Shown here in pieces: positions 9,767-19,828 of a DNA stretch of 64,000 bases. The stretch spans positions 19,505-83,504 of the IMG/VR virus record IMGVR_UViG_3300029746_000007; one strand, given 5' to 3'. This DNA comes from a virus (lineage: Duplodnaviria; Heunggongvirae; Uroviricota; Caudoviricetes). Below the pieces are notes generated by a model. The model was not told the DNA's origin, ran no database searches, and saw only the letters and a list, made by a program, of their open reading frames with translations. A program made the position numbers and the translations under genes. Positions within the stretch are counted from its first letter, which is position 1. Each line of letters opens with the position of its first letter.

Positions 9767-10874
9767 TGGTGCGGTATTGAGAGCTGCACAGGTGGAAGAT
9801 ATTGTATATGTAGGTGTTAGATGGGTATGTCAAGGACTTGGATTAAGTGACGGGAAAGTTAAAAGTGAAAGAAAGAAAATACAAGAAGATTTAGTTTTAA
9901 AGCAAGGGACGAGATTTCTTCCCTTGGGTACAGGTAATTCAGACAGCGAAGTTTTATGTCTAATATTAGACTATCTTCCATTATGGTTAGCAAAGATTTC
10001 TATTACTCCGACAATGAAAAGAGAAAATCCGGAATTGGTCAATAGGTTAATTGAATATCAGCTTAAAGCGAAAAATGTGTTAGCCGAAGCATTTCTTTCC
10101 AAGAGAAAAGAAGAGATTATTCCGGCAGTTAGGAATAATATGATTCAGATTCCTATTCCTGAAGCTCCAAACTATGCAGAAGAATTTGAAATTCTTTATG
10201 CAAAATTAGACGACCTGGAAGAACAGAATCAGAAATTATATAATGGTATGTCAAACATGGCGAAGTTGCTTCTTGACATGAGTTCACGAAAAGAAACACA
10301 ATTGCCGGATATTAAACCTGTAAAAGAAATTTCGGAAGAAGATTCGTGGAAACAGATTGTGTACGGCAAAGCGGAAAACATCGTATGTAATAGTAGTTTC
10401 CGTAAAACAGCAAGTGTCCTGAAACATATCTATGATTATATGAGACAGAATTATGGTATTTGTTGGGAACAGGAGGCAAAAGACTATAAGGAACGGAATA
10501 ATCTCAGCTATTCACCAAAGACCATTGAGGTTGTGTATCAAAATGAAGATCTTCGAAGTATTTTCATAGCTGTGTTGACAGATATGGAATATAAAGCAAA
10601 AGAAGCTAAGGAAAAGAAGAATGAAATTGATTGGTCAGACCAACAGATTCTTCCATTGGTTAAGAAATACAATGATCACAGTAATGGTTTCATGGTTACA
10701 TATAGAAAAGTGTACGTTAGGATGGAAGAAAATAGTCGAATCAGTTGGAAAAATCTAACCACTAGATACATAAATGAATGTGGTGGAAAACCAACCAAGA
10801 AAGATTTGATTAATACACGAAAGTCTTTACAGAAAAAATTTACAAAGGCAATTGAAGAATTGATGGCAGAATAA
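9705..10874 (+). CDS. phage antirepressor-like protein (P22 Ant N-terminal / ORF6N-like domain)
   Basis: N-terminus LAVKDVEFNGAVLRAAQVEDIVYVGVRWVCQGLGLS resembles the antirepressor N-domain family; the true start is probably the ATG near 9724-9731 after GGAGG. Confidence 0.55.
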   Translation: MRNIMEEMIMQGLAVKDVEFNGAVLRAAQVEDIVYVGVRWVCQGLGLSDGKVKSERKKIQEDLVLKQGTRFLPLGTGNSDSEVLCLILDYLPLWLAKISITPTMKRENPELVNRLIEYQLKAKNVLAEAFLSKRKEEIIPAVRNNMIQIPIPEAPNYAEEFEILYAKLDDLEEQNQKLYNGMSNMAKLLLDMSSRKETQLPDIKPVKEISEEDSWKQIVYGKAENIVCNSSFRKTASVLKHIYDYMRQNYGICWEQEAKDYKERNNLSYSPKTIEVVYQNEDLRSIFIAVLTDMEYKAKEAKEKKNEIDWSDQQILPLVKKYNDHSNGFMVTYRKVYVRMEENSRISWKNLTTRYINECGGKPTKKDLINTRKSLQKKFTKAIEELMAE

Positions 10875-11091
10875 TCGGATATTTGATATAATGGAGGTAC
10901 AATTATGAGAGTAATTAGTAGATTTGAGACTTGTGGCAAGAAAATGGTTACAGTTGTGATCGGAAAGAATGTTTCTGTTATGACAGAAAAAGATTATAAT
11001 TGGATTTGCAATAAAGAAAAAAATATGGTGTCCAGATAATAGGACACCTTATGTGATATTATATTAAAAAATATCAGGAGGTTGATGAATT

Positions 11092-11346
11092 ATGAAAATA
11101 AGAAAATATTGGTGCAATGCAATGAGCACCTATAATCAGAAATATGCAGAGTGCCCAGAAATAGACACATTAGAAAATGTGTCAGAAGAAATTGTAGTTG
11201 CGTTAAAGGGAGAAGATCACCCATTGCAAATAAATAAGCTGCCTGGCTTGTTGGCAGAAAGCGAAGCTAGAAAACGTGGTGAACGTATTTGGAGAAACGA
11301 ATATGGCGTATGGTCAGCAACACCGTTTGGAAAATTTGTTGATTAA
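11092..11346 (+). CDS. hypothetical protein
   Basis: AGGAGGTTGATGAATT RBS. Confidence 0.4.
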   Translation: MKIRKYWCNAMSTYNQKYAECPEIDTLENVSEEIVVALKGEDHPLQINKLPGLLAESEARKRGERIWRNEYGVWSATPFGKFVD

Positions 11347-11364
11347 AATGGAGGGCGATAAGAT

Positions 11365-11655
11365 ATGATTAAATATGAATTGAAAGAAAATTCGGTTGAG
11401 GTAAGGAAAAAAGATTTGGCTAAGGGGTGTGCAGTTGAGGATATGAATGCAGATCCGAAAATTATTAAGTCATTCGACAGCAAAGAAGAAGCATTAAATG
11501 AGCTTAAAAAGTATAAAACAGATGTATATGATTTTAGTTCTCCAGTTGGTGCAATGTGTAATGTAACGGAATATTATGTAGAGGAAAACGAATATGACGA
11601 AGACAACGAATGGATATCTGGTGGTGACATATGGGAAATTAGCGAAATAAAATAG
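11365..11655 (+). CDS. hypothetical acidic protein
   Basis: GGAGGGCGATAAG RBS. Confidence 0.4.
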   Translation: MIKYELKENSVEVRKKDLAKGCAVEDMNADPKIIKSFDSKEEALNELKKYKTDVYDFSSPVGAMCNVTEYYVEENEYDEDNEWISGGDIWEISEIK

Positions 11656-11717
11656 ACATAAAAGAATTGTTTCATGCGAGGTAAATGAATAATAGAATAA
11701 TAATTTTATTTAGATGG

Positions 11718-11780
11718 AAATACCACCAAATTAGTGGAAAAATGTGTTGACATACCACTTAATTGGTGGTATTTTATAAT
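11718..11780 (+). promoter_or_regulatory. promoter with a flanking 20-bp inverted-repeat operator (AAATACCACCAAATTAGTGG / CCACTTAATTGGTGGTATTT) around a TTGACA -35 box
   Basis: the two arms are reverse complements at 18 of 20 positions; TTGACA at 11747..11752; the right arm overlaps the spacer and -10; it lies upstream of the HTH gene 11807..12307. Confidence 0.45.
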
Positions 11781-11806
11781 TAGTAAATGACTAGGAGGAA
11801 ATATAT

Positions 11807-12307
11807 ATGGGAACTTGGACAATAAGCGTTGATGATGGTCAAATGAATAGTTTAAGAGAATATGGGACGACATATAAAACAGGCGGTGGAGCTGGTGGGT
11901 GTTTTGAACTTTCCGGCAATACATTGCAAGAGGCTGCCGACAATATATTAAAACCTTTAGCACTGGCATTTTCAAATGATAGTATTTTAGAATATCCAGA
12001 GCATGTACAAATAGAAGATGAACTCTTTGGGTATTCAAATGTTGCAGAAAGGCATATGAAGATCATTATTCCGTGTACATTTGAAGGATATCATGGAGAA
12101 TATAAGAGAGACGTAATTATTTACGTAGACACTCAGAAAATGAATGTTTCTGAGATGAGAGAACTTTTAAACGAGTCAAGAGCAGCATTTTCTAGACGGT
12201 ATAACATTCCAATTCGTACACTTGAAAATTGGGAGTCAGGAAAAAATAAATGCCCTGAGTATGTAAGAGAATTGCTTGAAAGAGCAGTAAAAGAAGACGT
12301 AAAATAG
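11807..12307 (+). CDS. DNA-binding protein with C-terminal XRE-type HTH (possible HicB-like fold)
   Basis: C-terminal NIPIRTLENWESGKNKCPEYVRELLERA matches the HTH_3 pattern; TAGGAGGAAAT RBS. Confidence 0.5.
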   Translation: MGTWTISVDDGQMNSLREYGTTYKTGGGAGGCFELSGNTLQEAADNILKPLALAFSNDSILEYPEHVQIEDELFGYSNVAERHMKIIIPCTFEGYHGEYKRDVIIYVDTQKMNVSEMRELLNESRAAFSRRYNIPIRTLENWESGKNKCPEYVRELLERAVKEDVK

Positions 12308-12402
12308 TATCGGAAGAAATAATAGATTCAAAGATAATGGAATTGTCGTAAGGCAGTTCCATTTCTGATATAATAGAGAATATAATATTGAGGTGATAAT
12401 AA

Positions 12403-12603
12403 ATGTATTATATAAAATGTGGAACAGATTATATTTGCAAAGGTTCTTATATTGTAGGTGGCGAAAAATACAAAGTTCTTGGAACAATTGAAGAAGCGAG
12501 AGCATTTAAAACATATTTAGGCGCACAAATAGCATTGGATACACTGATGGATACCAATGTTTATAACAATTTAATTGATTGTGAGATAGTTGAGGTGATA
12601 TAA
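12403..12603 (+). CDS. hypothetical protein
   Basis: GAGGTGATAATAA RBS. Confidence 0.35.
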   Translation: MYYIKCGTDYICKGSYIVGGEKYKVLGTIEEARAFKTYLGAQIALDTLMDTNVYNNLIDCEIVEVI

Positions 12604-12789
12604 ATGAACAAATTACAAAAAGTATGGAATGATCTGGATAAAGCATATGAACATATGGAAAATGCAATTGAGACATTATCAAAAATGGATACTGTAAGTG
12701 TTGAATTGAAAAATGCGGTCGAAAAATTTGATATGTCAGAAATCTCTTATATGAAGCAGCTTGTAGAAGAAATGATGGAGAATAAATAG
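12604..12789 (+). CDS. hypothetical protein
   Basis: start overlaps the upstream stop; GAGGTGATATAA RBS. Confidence 0.35.
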   Translation: MNKLQKVWNDLDKAYEHMENAIETLSKMDTVSVELKNAVEKFDMSEISYMKQLVEEMMENK

Positions 12790-13056
12790 ATGAAATGTAA
12801 AGTAAATAATTATATGGTTCTGATAGTTAATAACAATAAAGATCTAGTATTTCGTGGATTCGATATTTCTAAAAAATTTTTTTCAAATCATGATAAAGCC
12901 ATAGGATATATGATTGAGTATTCTAAAAAATTTAAAGCAGCAAAAGAAATCAACATAGAAAAAGAAATGGCATATATAAATTGTGGAGAATATTTCGTTG
13001 AAATCCATATTATTGACTGTTCAAAATATATAGAAATAATAGGAGTAGAATCCTAG
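12790..13056 (+). CDS. hypothetical protein
   Basis: plus-strand ORF starting right after the upstream stop. Confidence 0.4.
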   Translation: MKCKVNNYMVLIVNNNKDLVFRGFDISKKFFSNHDKAIGYMIEYSKKFKAAKEINIEKEMAYINCGEYFVEIHIIDCSKYIEIIGVES

Positions 13057-13111
13057 GAAATTTAAGAACAAATGAAACCAAGTTTTTATCCAACGGAATG
13101 GAGAATAGATT

Positions 13112-13327
13112 ATGAAAGAAATGTTAGAAAATAGATTGGCTGCTAAAAAAGAAGAACTGAAAAAGAAACAGGAATATTTTCAGATAGGCATTCAAAATAT
13201 AAAACAGCCTAGTTATGAGGATAATGCAATTAATGATTTGTTATATATGAAGAAACTTAAAACGGAAATTGCTGAGTTGGAACTTATGTTACAGATGTTC
13301 AGAGTGTATGAAGATGGAAATAAATAA
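13112..13327 (+). CDS. hypothetical coiled-coil protein
   Basis: AATGGAGAATAG RBS. Confidence 0.35.
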   Translation: MKEMLENRLAAKKEELKKKQEYFQIGIQNIKQPSYEDNAINDLLYMKKLKTEIAELELMLQMFRVYEDGNK

Positions 13328-13670
13328 AATGGAATTAGATGATTTTATTAAATATTCTAAAGAGAGGTTTGGGGTTGAAGTTTCTGTGAAAGAGAGCGAA
13401 GATCCTGATACGTTTGGTAAGATTTTTGGAGATGTAGTAGAGGATAATGGTATGAAAATAAGTAAAAATGCAATTGAAAATATGATGTTGGTATATATTA
13501 ATCATAAGCAAATTCTTAATGAATATGAATCAGAAATGGATGAAAGAGAAATGGAAGAAGACGCTAACTATAATTTCCATAGAGGATGCTGCGAAACGGC
13601 AGAAACATGGATGAGAGCAATCGGCGTCAGTCCGGATTGTGAGTTTATTAGAGAAAAAATGAGTGAATGA
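13314..13670 (+). CDS. hypothetical acidic protein
   Basis: ATG at 13314 overlaps the upstream stop; the ORF track lists an earlier start at 13269. Confidence 0.4.
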   Translation: MEINKMELDDFIKYSKERFGVEVSVKESEDPDTFGKIFGDVVEDNGMKISKNAIENMMLVYINHKQILNEYESEMDEREMEEDANYNFHRGCCETAETWMRAIGVSPDCEFIREKMSE

Positions 13671-13694
13671 AATCTAAGTTCCAGGAGGTAACTA

Positions 13695-13946
13695 ATGTTT
13701 TTAAATAAAGAAAGAGTTGGCGTAAAAGTAGAACGTTTCGGTAGTAAGCGTGAACACAAATATAAAATTATGGAAGATTCTATTGTGATGGTTAAAAGTG
13801 AGACACTTGTTATGCCAGTAGATTTTATTTCTAATGACTTTGAAGTATATGATAAAGAAGGAAAAGAAGTAATAGAACAAACCGGACGGTTCTTCATTAC
13901 AGCAGAAACGATAGATCCGTATCATATCATTTTAGATATATTTTAA
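13695..13946 (+). CDS. hypothetical protein
   Basis: CAGGAGGTAACTA RBS. Confidence 0.4.
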   Translation: MFLNKERVGVKVERFGSKREHKYKIMEDSIVMVKSETLVMPVDFISNDFEVYDKEGKEVIEQTGRFFITAETIDPYHIILDIF

Positions 13947-13959
13947 AGAGGAGGACAAT

Positions 13960-14184
13960 ATGTGTAAAAAATTTAAAAATTTTGATGGAGGAGAACCATT
14001 TTTAAAACCTGAAAAGCCTTTTATGTTAGTGTATGAAAGTGAAAAGGATGGAATGTCTATTGCATGGTTGGAAACAGAAGAAGATATGATGGAAACTATC
14101 GAAGAAGTAAAATCTTTTGGTAGTACAATTGTTGATGCAATAGAAATTGGAAGTTGTAGAGAATTTGATATTGATGAAATCTAG
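13960..14184 (+). CDS. hypothetical protein
   Basis: AGAGGAGGACAAT RBS. Confidence 0.4.
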   Translation: MCKKFKNFDGGEPFLKPEKPFMLVYESEKDGMSIAWLETEEDMMETIEEVKSFGSTIVDAIEIGSCREFDIDEI

Positions 14185-14203
14185 GTTTCGGGAGGCAAAT
14201 TAA

Positions 14204-14440
14204 ATGAAAAATAGTTGGAAATATTTTATTGTATTAAATGAGATTAAATACGGATTAAGCAATATTGTAGAAAATAAAGATTACTCTGGTAATGGATTAC
14301 CATTATGTCAAGATTTTTCTGTAGCAATTAATTTTTCGTCACCAGATGAACTGCTTAGATGGGTGCAAGAAAATACAGATCTTGAAATGGAAAATGGAGA
14401 TTTTCATATTGAGGGGCATTATTTGCCAGTTGAAATTTAA
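14204..14440 (+). CDS. hypothetical protein
   Basis: GGGAGGCAAATTAA RBS. Confidence 0.4.
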   Translation: MKNSWKYFIVLNEIKYGLSNIVENKDYSGNGLPLCQDFSVAINFSSPDELLRWVQENTDLEMENGDFHIEGHYLPVEI

Positions 14441-14534
14441 CTTTCCTTTGTTATTAAGGATAAAGATTTTTTTGAGATATTTGGAATTGAGGTGAAAGAC
14501 AATTAGTAAATTAATACAGAAATTAAATTGGGAT

Positions 14535-14834
14535 ATGCCATTTATGAAAAATCAGTGTATGTTTGTATATGCTGAAGCTGATTTAGATTCTAATCAAAAA
14601 ATGCAAGAACCACTACAAAAACTGTATCAGTATGAAAATCAATCAGATATGAGAGAAAAGATAAGAGAATACATTAATGAGCTTGATACAGAAATTGACA
14701 GACTTGAATCTGACCTAGAAAAGCAAATGACCTATAATGTAGAAGCTTGCAAGGTTACTGCAACAGAATCAAGGTTGAATACAATAATCGAAGTAAAGAA
14801 TGATTTATTGGGAAGATTGGAAGAGGTGATATAA
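14535..14834 (+). CDS. hypothetical coiled-coil protein
   Basis: plus-strand ORF. Confidence 0.4.
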   Translation: MPFMKNQCMFVYAEADLDSNQKMQEPLQKLYQYENQSDMREKIREYINELDTEIDRLESDLEKQMTYNVEACKVTATESRLNTIIEVKNDLLGRLEEVI

Positions 14835-15293
14835 ATGGATTCAGACAAATATAATGGAGATATCATCAAGATTGACCGACTGATTGAATTTTTACCAACC
14901 GAACATTGGTCTTGGGATGAAACAGGAGAAATTGATCTGGATGATATCTCTGTTGCAATATACGAACCCGTTCCAGAAATACCTGATCCATATGGAGATA
15001 CATGGAAACATCCAGTGTTAGAACAGAGATCAAGAGAATGGCATATTGGAAGAATAATTTATTTTATTAATCATCCAATGGAAATAAGAGATATTGAGAT
15101 TGATAATGAATGCAGTGGTAATTTTATTCTTCCACAACCAATTATTGTAGATGGTTGGCATAGATATGCAGCAGCAAGATGGTTATATGACCAAGGCAAA
15201 CTGACAGAAATTCATTGTAGATATGGTGGTCGAGCTGATGTGCTTGAATATTTACAAGGGAAAACAGATGACTTATTGTGGGAAGCTATATAA
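14835..15293 (+). CDS. ParB/Srx-fold (ParB N-terminal-like) domain protein
   Basis: motif PIIVDGWHRYAAARWL resembles the ParB N-domain DGhhR...A signature. Confidence 0.45.
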   Translation: MDSDKYNGDIIKIDRLIEFLPTEHWSWDETGEIDLDDISVAIYEPVPEIPDPYGDTWKHPVLEQRSREWHIGRIIYFINHPMEIRDIEIDNECSGNFILPQPIIVDGWHRYAAARWLYDQGKLTEIHCRYGGRADVLEYLQGKTDDLLWEAI

Positions 15294-15338
15294 TAAAGAA
15301 ATGACGATTTCATGGTTATGGAAAGCAGGTGAAGTAAA

Positions 15339-15872
15339 GTGAAAATAACAAGATTTAAAGATATTCCTCAATTGACAAGAGCTGGAACGTACAATACCAA
15401 TATTCCATTAACTCATATTTTAAAAACGCTTTCAGAATGGGAAGAAGATGAATATTATCGTTTACAATTAAATCCTAATTTTCAACGTGGGCATGTATGG
15501 ACAGAAATTCAACAAATTGCATATGTTGAATTTTTACTGCGTGGAGGGAAATCAGCAAAGGTAATTTATTTTAACAAACCAAGTTGGCAGATGGTTAAAC
15601 CTATTAATGGATATGATGATTTTGTATGTGTTGATGGTTTGCAAAGAATTACAGCAGTAACTAAATTTTTAAAAAATGAAATTAAAGTCTTTGGTAGTTA
15701 CTATAAAGATTTTGAGGACAAAATACCTCTCAGTGTAGACCTGATTTTCAATGTAAATGATCTTAAAAGTGAAAAAGAAGTTCTTCAATGGTATGTTGAT
15801 ATGAACGCCGGTGGAACACCACATACAAATGAAGAGATTGAGCGTGTTAAGAAAATGATTGGAAAATTATAA
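15339..15872 (+). CDS. DUF262 (ParB-like, GmrSD N-terminal-type) domain protein
   Basis: motifs NFQRGHVW and VDGLQRITAV match the DUF262 QR..VW / DGQQR signatures; GTG start after AGCAGGTGAAGTAAA. Confidence 0.55.
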   Translation: MKITRFKDIPQLTRAGTYNTNIPLTHILKTLSEWEEDEYYRLQLNPNFQRGHVWTEIQQIAYVEFLLRGGKSAKVIYFNKPSWQMVKPINGYDDFVCVDGLQRITAVTKFLKNEIKVFGSYYKDFEDKIPLSVDLIFNVNDLKSEKEVLQWYVDMNAGGTPHTNEEIERVKKMIGKL

Positions 15873-16048
15873 TGAGACGTAGGTAAGTGAAATAATGAAA
15901 GATGAATATGGAAGAACTAATACGAGAGCGCAGGTTATTAGAAATTTAGCAAATTTAAGACTTACATTGCTCTTAGATGATATGGGCTGAATGGCTTGAT
16001 AAAGAAAGCGGAGAAGACATTTTAAATTTATAGGATGGTGTAAGCATA

Positions 16049-16270
16049 ATGAAAATTCCTAAGAAAATTATAAAGCTTCTTGACAAAAGAGAAAAGTTAG
16101 CAATGAATCTGATAAGCACAACAACAGAAATAGATAGATGGCTCGTCAATCACGGTGCAGACTTGAATGATTGTGATTTAAATGATAGTGTATTGACCGG
16201 ATGTATGATTTATTGTGAGCCTGGAAGTGCAAAAGCAAATGTAATAAATTATATAGAAAATAAAATGTAG
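16049..16270 (+). CDS. hypothetical protein
   Basis: plus-strand ORF. Confidence 0.4.
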   Translation: MKIPKKIIKLLDKREKLAMNLISTTTEIDRWLVNHGADLNDCDLNDSVLTGCMIYCEPGSAKANVINYIENKM

Positions 16271-16287
16271 GTTGAAAAATTGCTTTC

Positions 16288-16539
16288 ATGGAGAATTATA
16301 TAATGGGTTATTCAATACAAGAAGAGAATGAGTTAAATAATCAACTTAAAAAATGGCAAGATAAACAAATAAAAGCAGTGAGAAGAAAGAATTTTGATTA
16401 TGCTTGTGAGAAAATGCATCCCGGAGATATGAGTGTTTGGAAAATAATTGCAAATGCAGAATCGTATAAAGATGTGAGCAATGGAGCATGGGATCAGGCA
16501 GAACGTGTGGTTGAAAAATATTATAAGTTGGCAAAATGA
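16288..16539 (+). CDS. hypothetical protein
   Basis: plus-strand ORF. Confidence 0.4.
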   Translation: MENYIMGYSIQEENELNNQLKKWQDKQIKAVRRKNFDYACEKMHPGDMSVWKIIANAESYKDVSNGAWDQAERVVEKYYKLAK

Positions 16540-16549
16540 TGGTGAGAAT

Positions 16550-16852
16550 ATGAGTAACATTGGATATAAACCAAAAGTTTATGATTGTACTATAGACGGA
16601 ATAAAAAGGGTTAAAGGCGAAAATTTATTTGTCTTACATTGGAAAGATTCAAATGGTGTTGGAAGTATGCCGATTCGGGTAGATCAACCACCAGAATTAA
16701 TTCTTAATAGAATGAAAGAGATTGTAAATGGAAAGCGAGATAAATTATACTTAACAAGAGGAATGAGAGATATTGATGTTTTGTATCTCGGTGATAATAA
16801 ATGGCAACTATATGATGAATTTGATTTTTATGAATTTGAAATGGTGGTATGA
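16550..16852 (+). CDS. hypothetical protein
   Basis: ATG at 16550 after GGTGAGAAT; the ORF-track start at 16481 would overlap the upstream gene. Confidence 0.4.
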   Translation: MSNIGYKPKVYDCTIDGIKRVKGENLFVLHWKDSNGVGSMPIRVDQPPELILNRMKEIVNGKRDKLYLTRGMRDIDVLYLGDNKWQLYDEFDFYEFEMVV

Positions 16853-17004
16853 AATATGGTAGAAAAATGGAAAGCACAGGAGATTGTACAATATTTGGAA
16901 GAACAGCTTTCTAATTCATTACTTCATGATGATTTTGAAGCTAATGAAAATGGATATAGATGTGCAATCAATGATATCAAAGAAAAATATATTGATGAGG
17001 TAAA

Positions 17005-17205
17005 ATGATGATGGCGGATGTTTCAACAAAATGTAAATATAGAGATGCTATATTAAATCAAATTAAAAAAGAAATTAATCCATCAGAAAATGACTTAATG
17101 TTGATACGATACAGATTAAATAAGGCAACTCCTGACGAGCTGGAAAGAACGTATGAAGCCTTCGAAAGATTTGGAGTTAAAGTTGTGATGGATTTAATAA
17201 GATAA
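17005..17205 (+). CDS. hypothetical protein
   Basis: plus-strand ORF. Confidence 0.35.
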   Translation: MMMADVSTKCKYRDAILNQIKKEINPSENDLMLIRYRLNKATPDELERTYEAFERFGVKVVMDLIR

Positions 17206-17540
17206 TGAAAGATTGTTTTCATATAAGAGAGGTGAATAATAATGAATGAACGTGTCTTATATAATGCGCAAAAATCTGTTATTGAGGAAGTAAAACAAGA
17301 GTTGCTTAAAAAAGCAGAAACAGAAAGACAGAGAAATGTTATTAAAGAAGTATGCAGAGCCGTGGCTAGAAAACATAAATTTGATGATTTGAAAACCTGA
17401 TGAAACAGACTTTTCTTCAAGAAAATTCTTGAATATTAATAAGTAAAAATGTAATATAAAAGAAAGATCGTCTGTCAAAATGATAAACAGTAACATATTG
17501 ATGTACCGGAAACGGAATATATTTTTAGGAGGATTTTTAT

Positions 17541-17948
17541 ATGAAATCACCAGTAGGAATTATGGCAGATGATGTGCAGAATAGAATTTCTGAAGAGGCT
17601 GCGAAGAAAAAATTTGAATGTAATAATATGGAGGAATGGTATTATATTTGCGGTTTGTGGGCAAATAGGATTCTTAATGGAACGAACTGGTCTTCTGAAA
17701 CACAAACAAAAAAGAGAGCTGAACTCTCAAGACTTGTATCTGCAAAGCAACCTGAATTGTTAAGAAAACAGCTTACAAATCTTTTTACAAGAGAGTACAC
17801 AAATATGTCTTCTAAGTTTCAGAATGATCTGATGGATGGAGTGTTTTATGCAATACTCGATTGGAAGTTTGAAGATGAAGATCAAAATTTTGATGGAGGA
17901 GAAGCTTTTAGTTTTGCCTGTGTCGACTCAAGACATTGGTGGAAATAG
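17541..17948 (+). CDS. hypothetical protein
   Basis: TTTAGGAGGATTTTTAT RBS; followed by a strong terminator. Confidence 0.45.
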   Translation: MKSPVGIMADDVQNRISEEAAKKKFECNNMEEWYYICGLWANRILNGTNWSSETQTKKRAELSRLVSAKQPELLRKQLTNLFTREYTNMSSKFQNDLMDGVFYAILDWKFEDEDQNFDGGEAFSFACVDSRHWWK

Positions 17949-17977
17949 AGATAAAATTAAATAATGCAAAGTATAAG

Positions 17978-18009
17978 GCAATTAACCGTAAAAAGTTAGT
18001 TGCTTTTTT
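17978..18009 (+). terminator. rho-independent terminator
   Basis: 9-bp stem GCAATTAAC/GTTAGTTGC with an 8-nt loop, then TTTTTT. Confidence 0.65.
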
Positions 18010-18163
18010 GTTACTTAAAAATAAATAGACGGAGAATAAATAATAGGAAAGGAAGTGATAGATATGTGTGAAAAGATTGATGAAAAGAATCCGGATGTTC
18101 AGGAGAAAGAAGTCAGGCGAATGGAAGTTTGGGAATATTTAGAATGGAAGGTTGGTGAGAAGA

Positions 18164-19213
18164 ATGAAAAAGACAGATAAATTAAAAAAACAATTACAGG
18201 ATAAAATCATCACAATGGATGAATTAGATATTACAATGGAAGACATCGGATATAATCTGGTAGAAATTGATGACAATGAAAACAACGTGATTAAATATAC
18301 AAATGGAAAGTCATTTATCAATGTATATGTCATGCATGATGGACAAGAATATATGGTAACGGATATTACGATGTCCAATAAGAAACGTGGTAGCACAACT
18401 GTAAGAGCATTTCATACAATTGAAGAAATAAAAGGAATGATGGATTGGTTCAGAGACAATGAGCAATATGATAATTTCTTGACTTTTATGTTAGGCTTAT
18501 TCCTTGCAAGACGTGTTGGTGATACGTTGTCATTAAAGTGGAGAGACTTCTACTTTGAAAATGGTAGAAGAAAAGAAAGTCTTAATACATTAATTGAAGA
18601 TAAAACCGACAAAATAGTTGATATGCATATTTCTGATGTTACGTGGAAATATATTGATTGGTATTGTGAAAAAACAAATATTGATCCAAAAGAACATCTC
18701 AATGAGGATATCTTTAAATCTTTGCATAAAGATTGGTTGCCGAATAATTATACGAAAAAACAATATGATGAAGCTGTAGAAAAAATGGAATCTTCATATC
18801 GTAATCAATTTAAAAAGGCAGCAGAAGCGTGTGGAATCAATGGTGTAAGTACACATAGCACACGTAAGTCATTTGGATATATAGCGCATGAAATTAACAG
18901 ATTTGATCCAGATTGCTATCCGGTATTACAGAGTGTGTATGGTCATGGTTCTGTAGAAACAACAAAAAGATACATTGATTGCATAAGAGAGAAAGCAAAT
19001 AAGATGTTTGAAGATGTAGCAAAATACATTGAAGATGTAGATAATGGGATAACACCTGAAATAAAGAATTTACTCATTGTAGCACTTTCGACAAATGATT
19101 TACGAGATGTATTATATACTGCTCTTAAACTTGGAAGAGAAACGAATGTAGAAGATGATGTTGAAAGTATGAATATGCTATTATCTATGGTAGAAGAAAA
19201 GCGTGTATCATGA
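18164..19213 (+). CDS. int: tyrosine recombinase / phage integrase
   Basis: motifs ARRVGDTLSLKWRDF (Arg I), HSTRKSF (HxxR box) and HGSVETTKRYI (catalytic Tyr) are typical of the tyrosine-recombinase family; the ATG at 18164 follows GGTGAGAAG. Confidence 0.85.
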   Translation: MKKTDKLKKQLQDKIITMDELDITMEDIGYNLVEIDDNENNVIKYTNGKSFINVYVMHDGQEYMVTDITMSNKKRGSTTVRAFHTIEEIKGMMDWFRDNEQYDNFLTFMLGLFLARRVGDTLSLKWRDFYFENGRRKESLNTLIEDKTDKIVDMHISDVTWKYIDWYCEKTNIDPKEHLNEDIFKSLHKDWLPNNYTKKQYDEAVEKMESSYRNQFKKAAEACGINGVSTHSTRKSFGYIAHEINRFDPDCYPVLQSVYGHGSVETTKRYIDCIREKANKMFEDVAKYIEDVDNGITPEIKNLLIVALSTNDLRDVLYTALKLGRETNVEDDVESMNMLLSMVEEKRVS

Positions 19214-19247
19214 TATAATTAGAACATATGTATGGAGGCGATAAATA

Positions 19248-19406
19248 ATGAAAATAAATATTAATGAACCAATTGATCACAAATGGACACCTGAAGACCT
19301 TGTAGAAGATTATAGAAAATATCAAGATAAAAAGAAAGTGGCAAAAATATACGGTATAACAGCAAAAGAAGTCGCACAGATTATTAAGGAGAAATGCTAT
19401 GAATAA
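19248..19406 (+). CDS. small HTH-like protein (possible excisionase/regulator)
   Basis: GGAGGCGATAAATA RBS; VAKIYGITAKEVAQIIK looks like a helix-turn-helix. Confidence 0.3.
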   Translation: MKININEPIDHKWTPEDLVEDYRKYQDKKKVAKIYGITAKEVAQIIKEKCYE

Positions 19407-19514
19407 GATATATTTGTCAGAAGAAGAGATGGAATTCATTTTATCTTATAGGAAGGCTAATTCTAATGATAAAAAGAAAGCAAAAGAAGTGTTAAAGATA
19501 GAAGGTGATGATAA

Positions 19515-19793
19515 ATGTTTGAGCGAGGAGACAAATGCTTCATCGTAGAAAATAATCGAACAGTAAAAGCTGCAAAAGTAATAGGCAGACAAGGAGAATT
19601 TTATACTATTCAGACCGTTGGATCGTGTGGAGCTATCCGGTTAAAAGAAAGCCGGTTGTTTATGACGGAAGAAGAAGCAAATAATCATATTAATGGAAAG
19701 CGTATAATTGAAAACAATAAAGGTAATAATGATGATATAGGATTCATTGACGTATTTGAGGGAAAACGTTTTAAGAAGAATCCTTATATATAG
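19515..19793 (+). CDS. hypothetical protein
   Basis: AGGTGATGATAA RBS. Confidence 0.4.
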   Translation: MFERGDKCFIVENNRTVKAAKVIGRQGEFYTIQTVGSCGAIRLKESRLFMTEEEANNHINGKRIIENNKGNNDDIGFIDVFEGKRFKKNPYI

Positions 19794-19828
19794 AAAAGAC
19801 GATACTTATTTGGTATCGTCTTTTTCGT
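19794..19828. terminator. bidirectional rho-independent terminator
   Basis: perfect 10-bp stem AAGACGATAC/GTATCGTCTT with a 7-nt loop, flanked by an A-run and a T-run; it overlaps the last codons of the minus-strand repressor. Confidence 0.7.
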
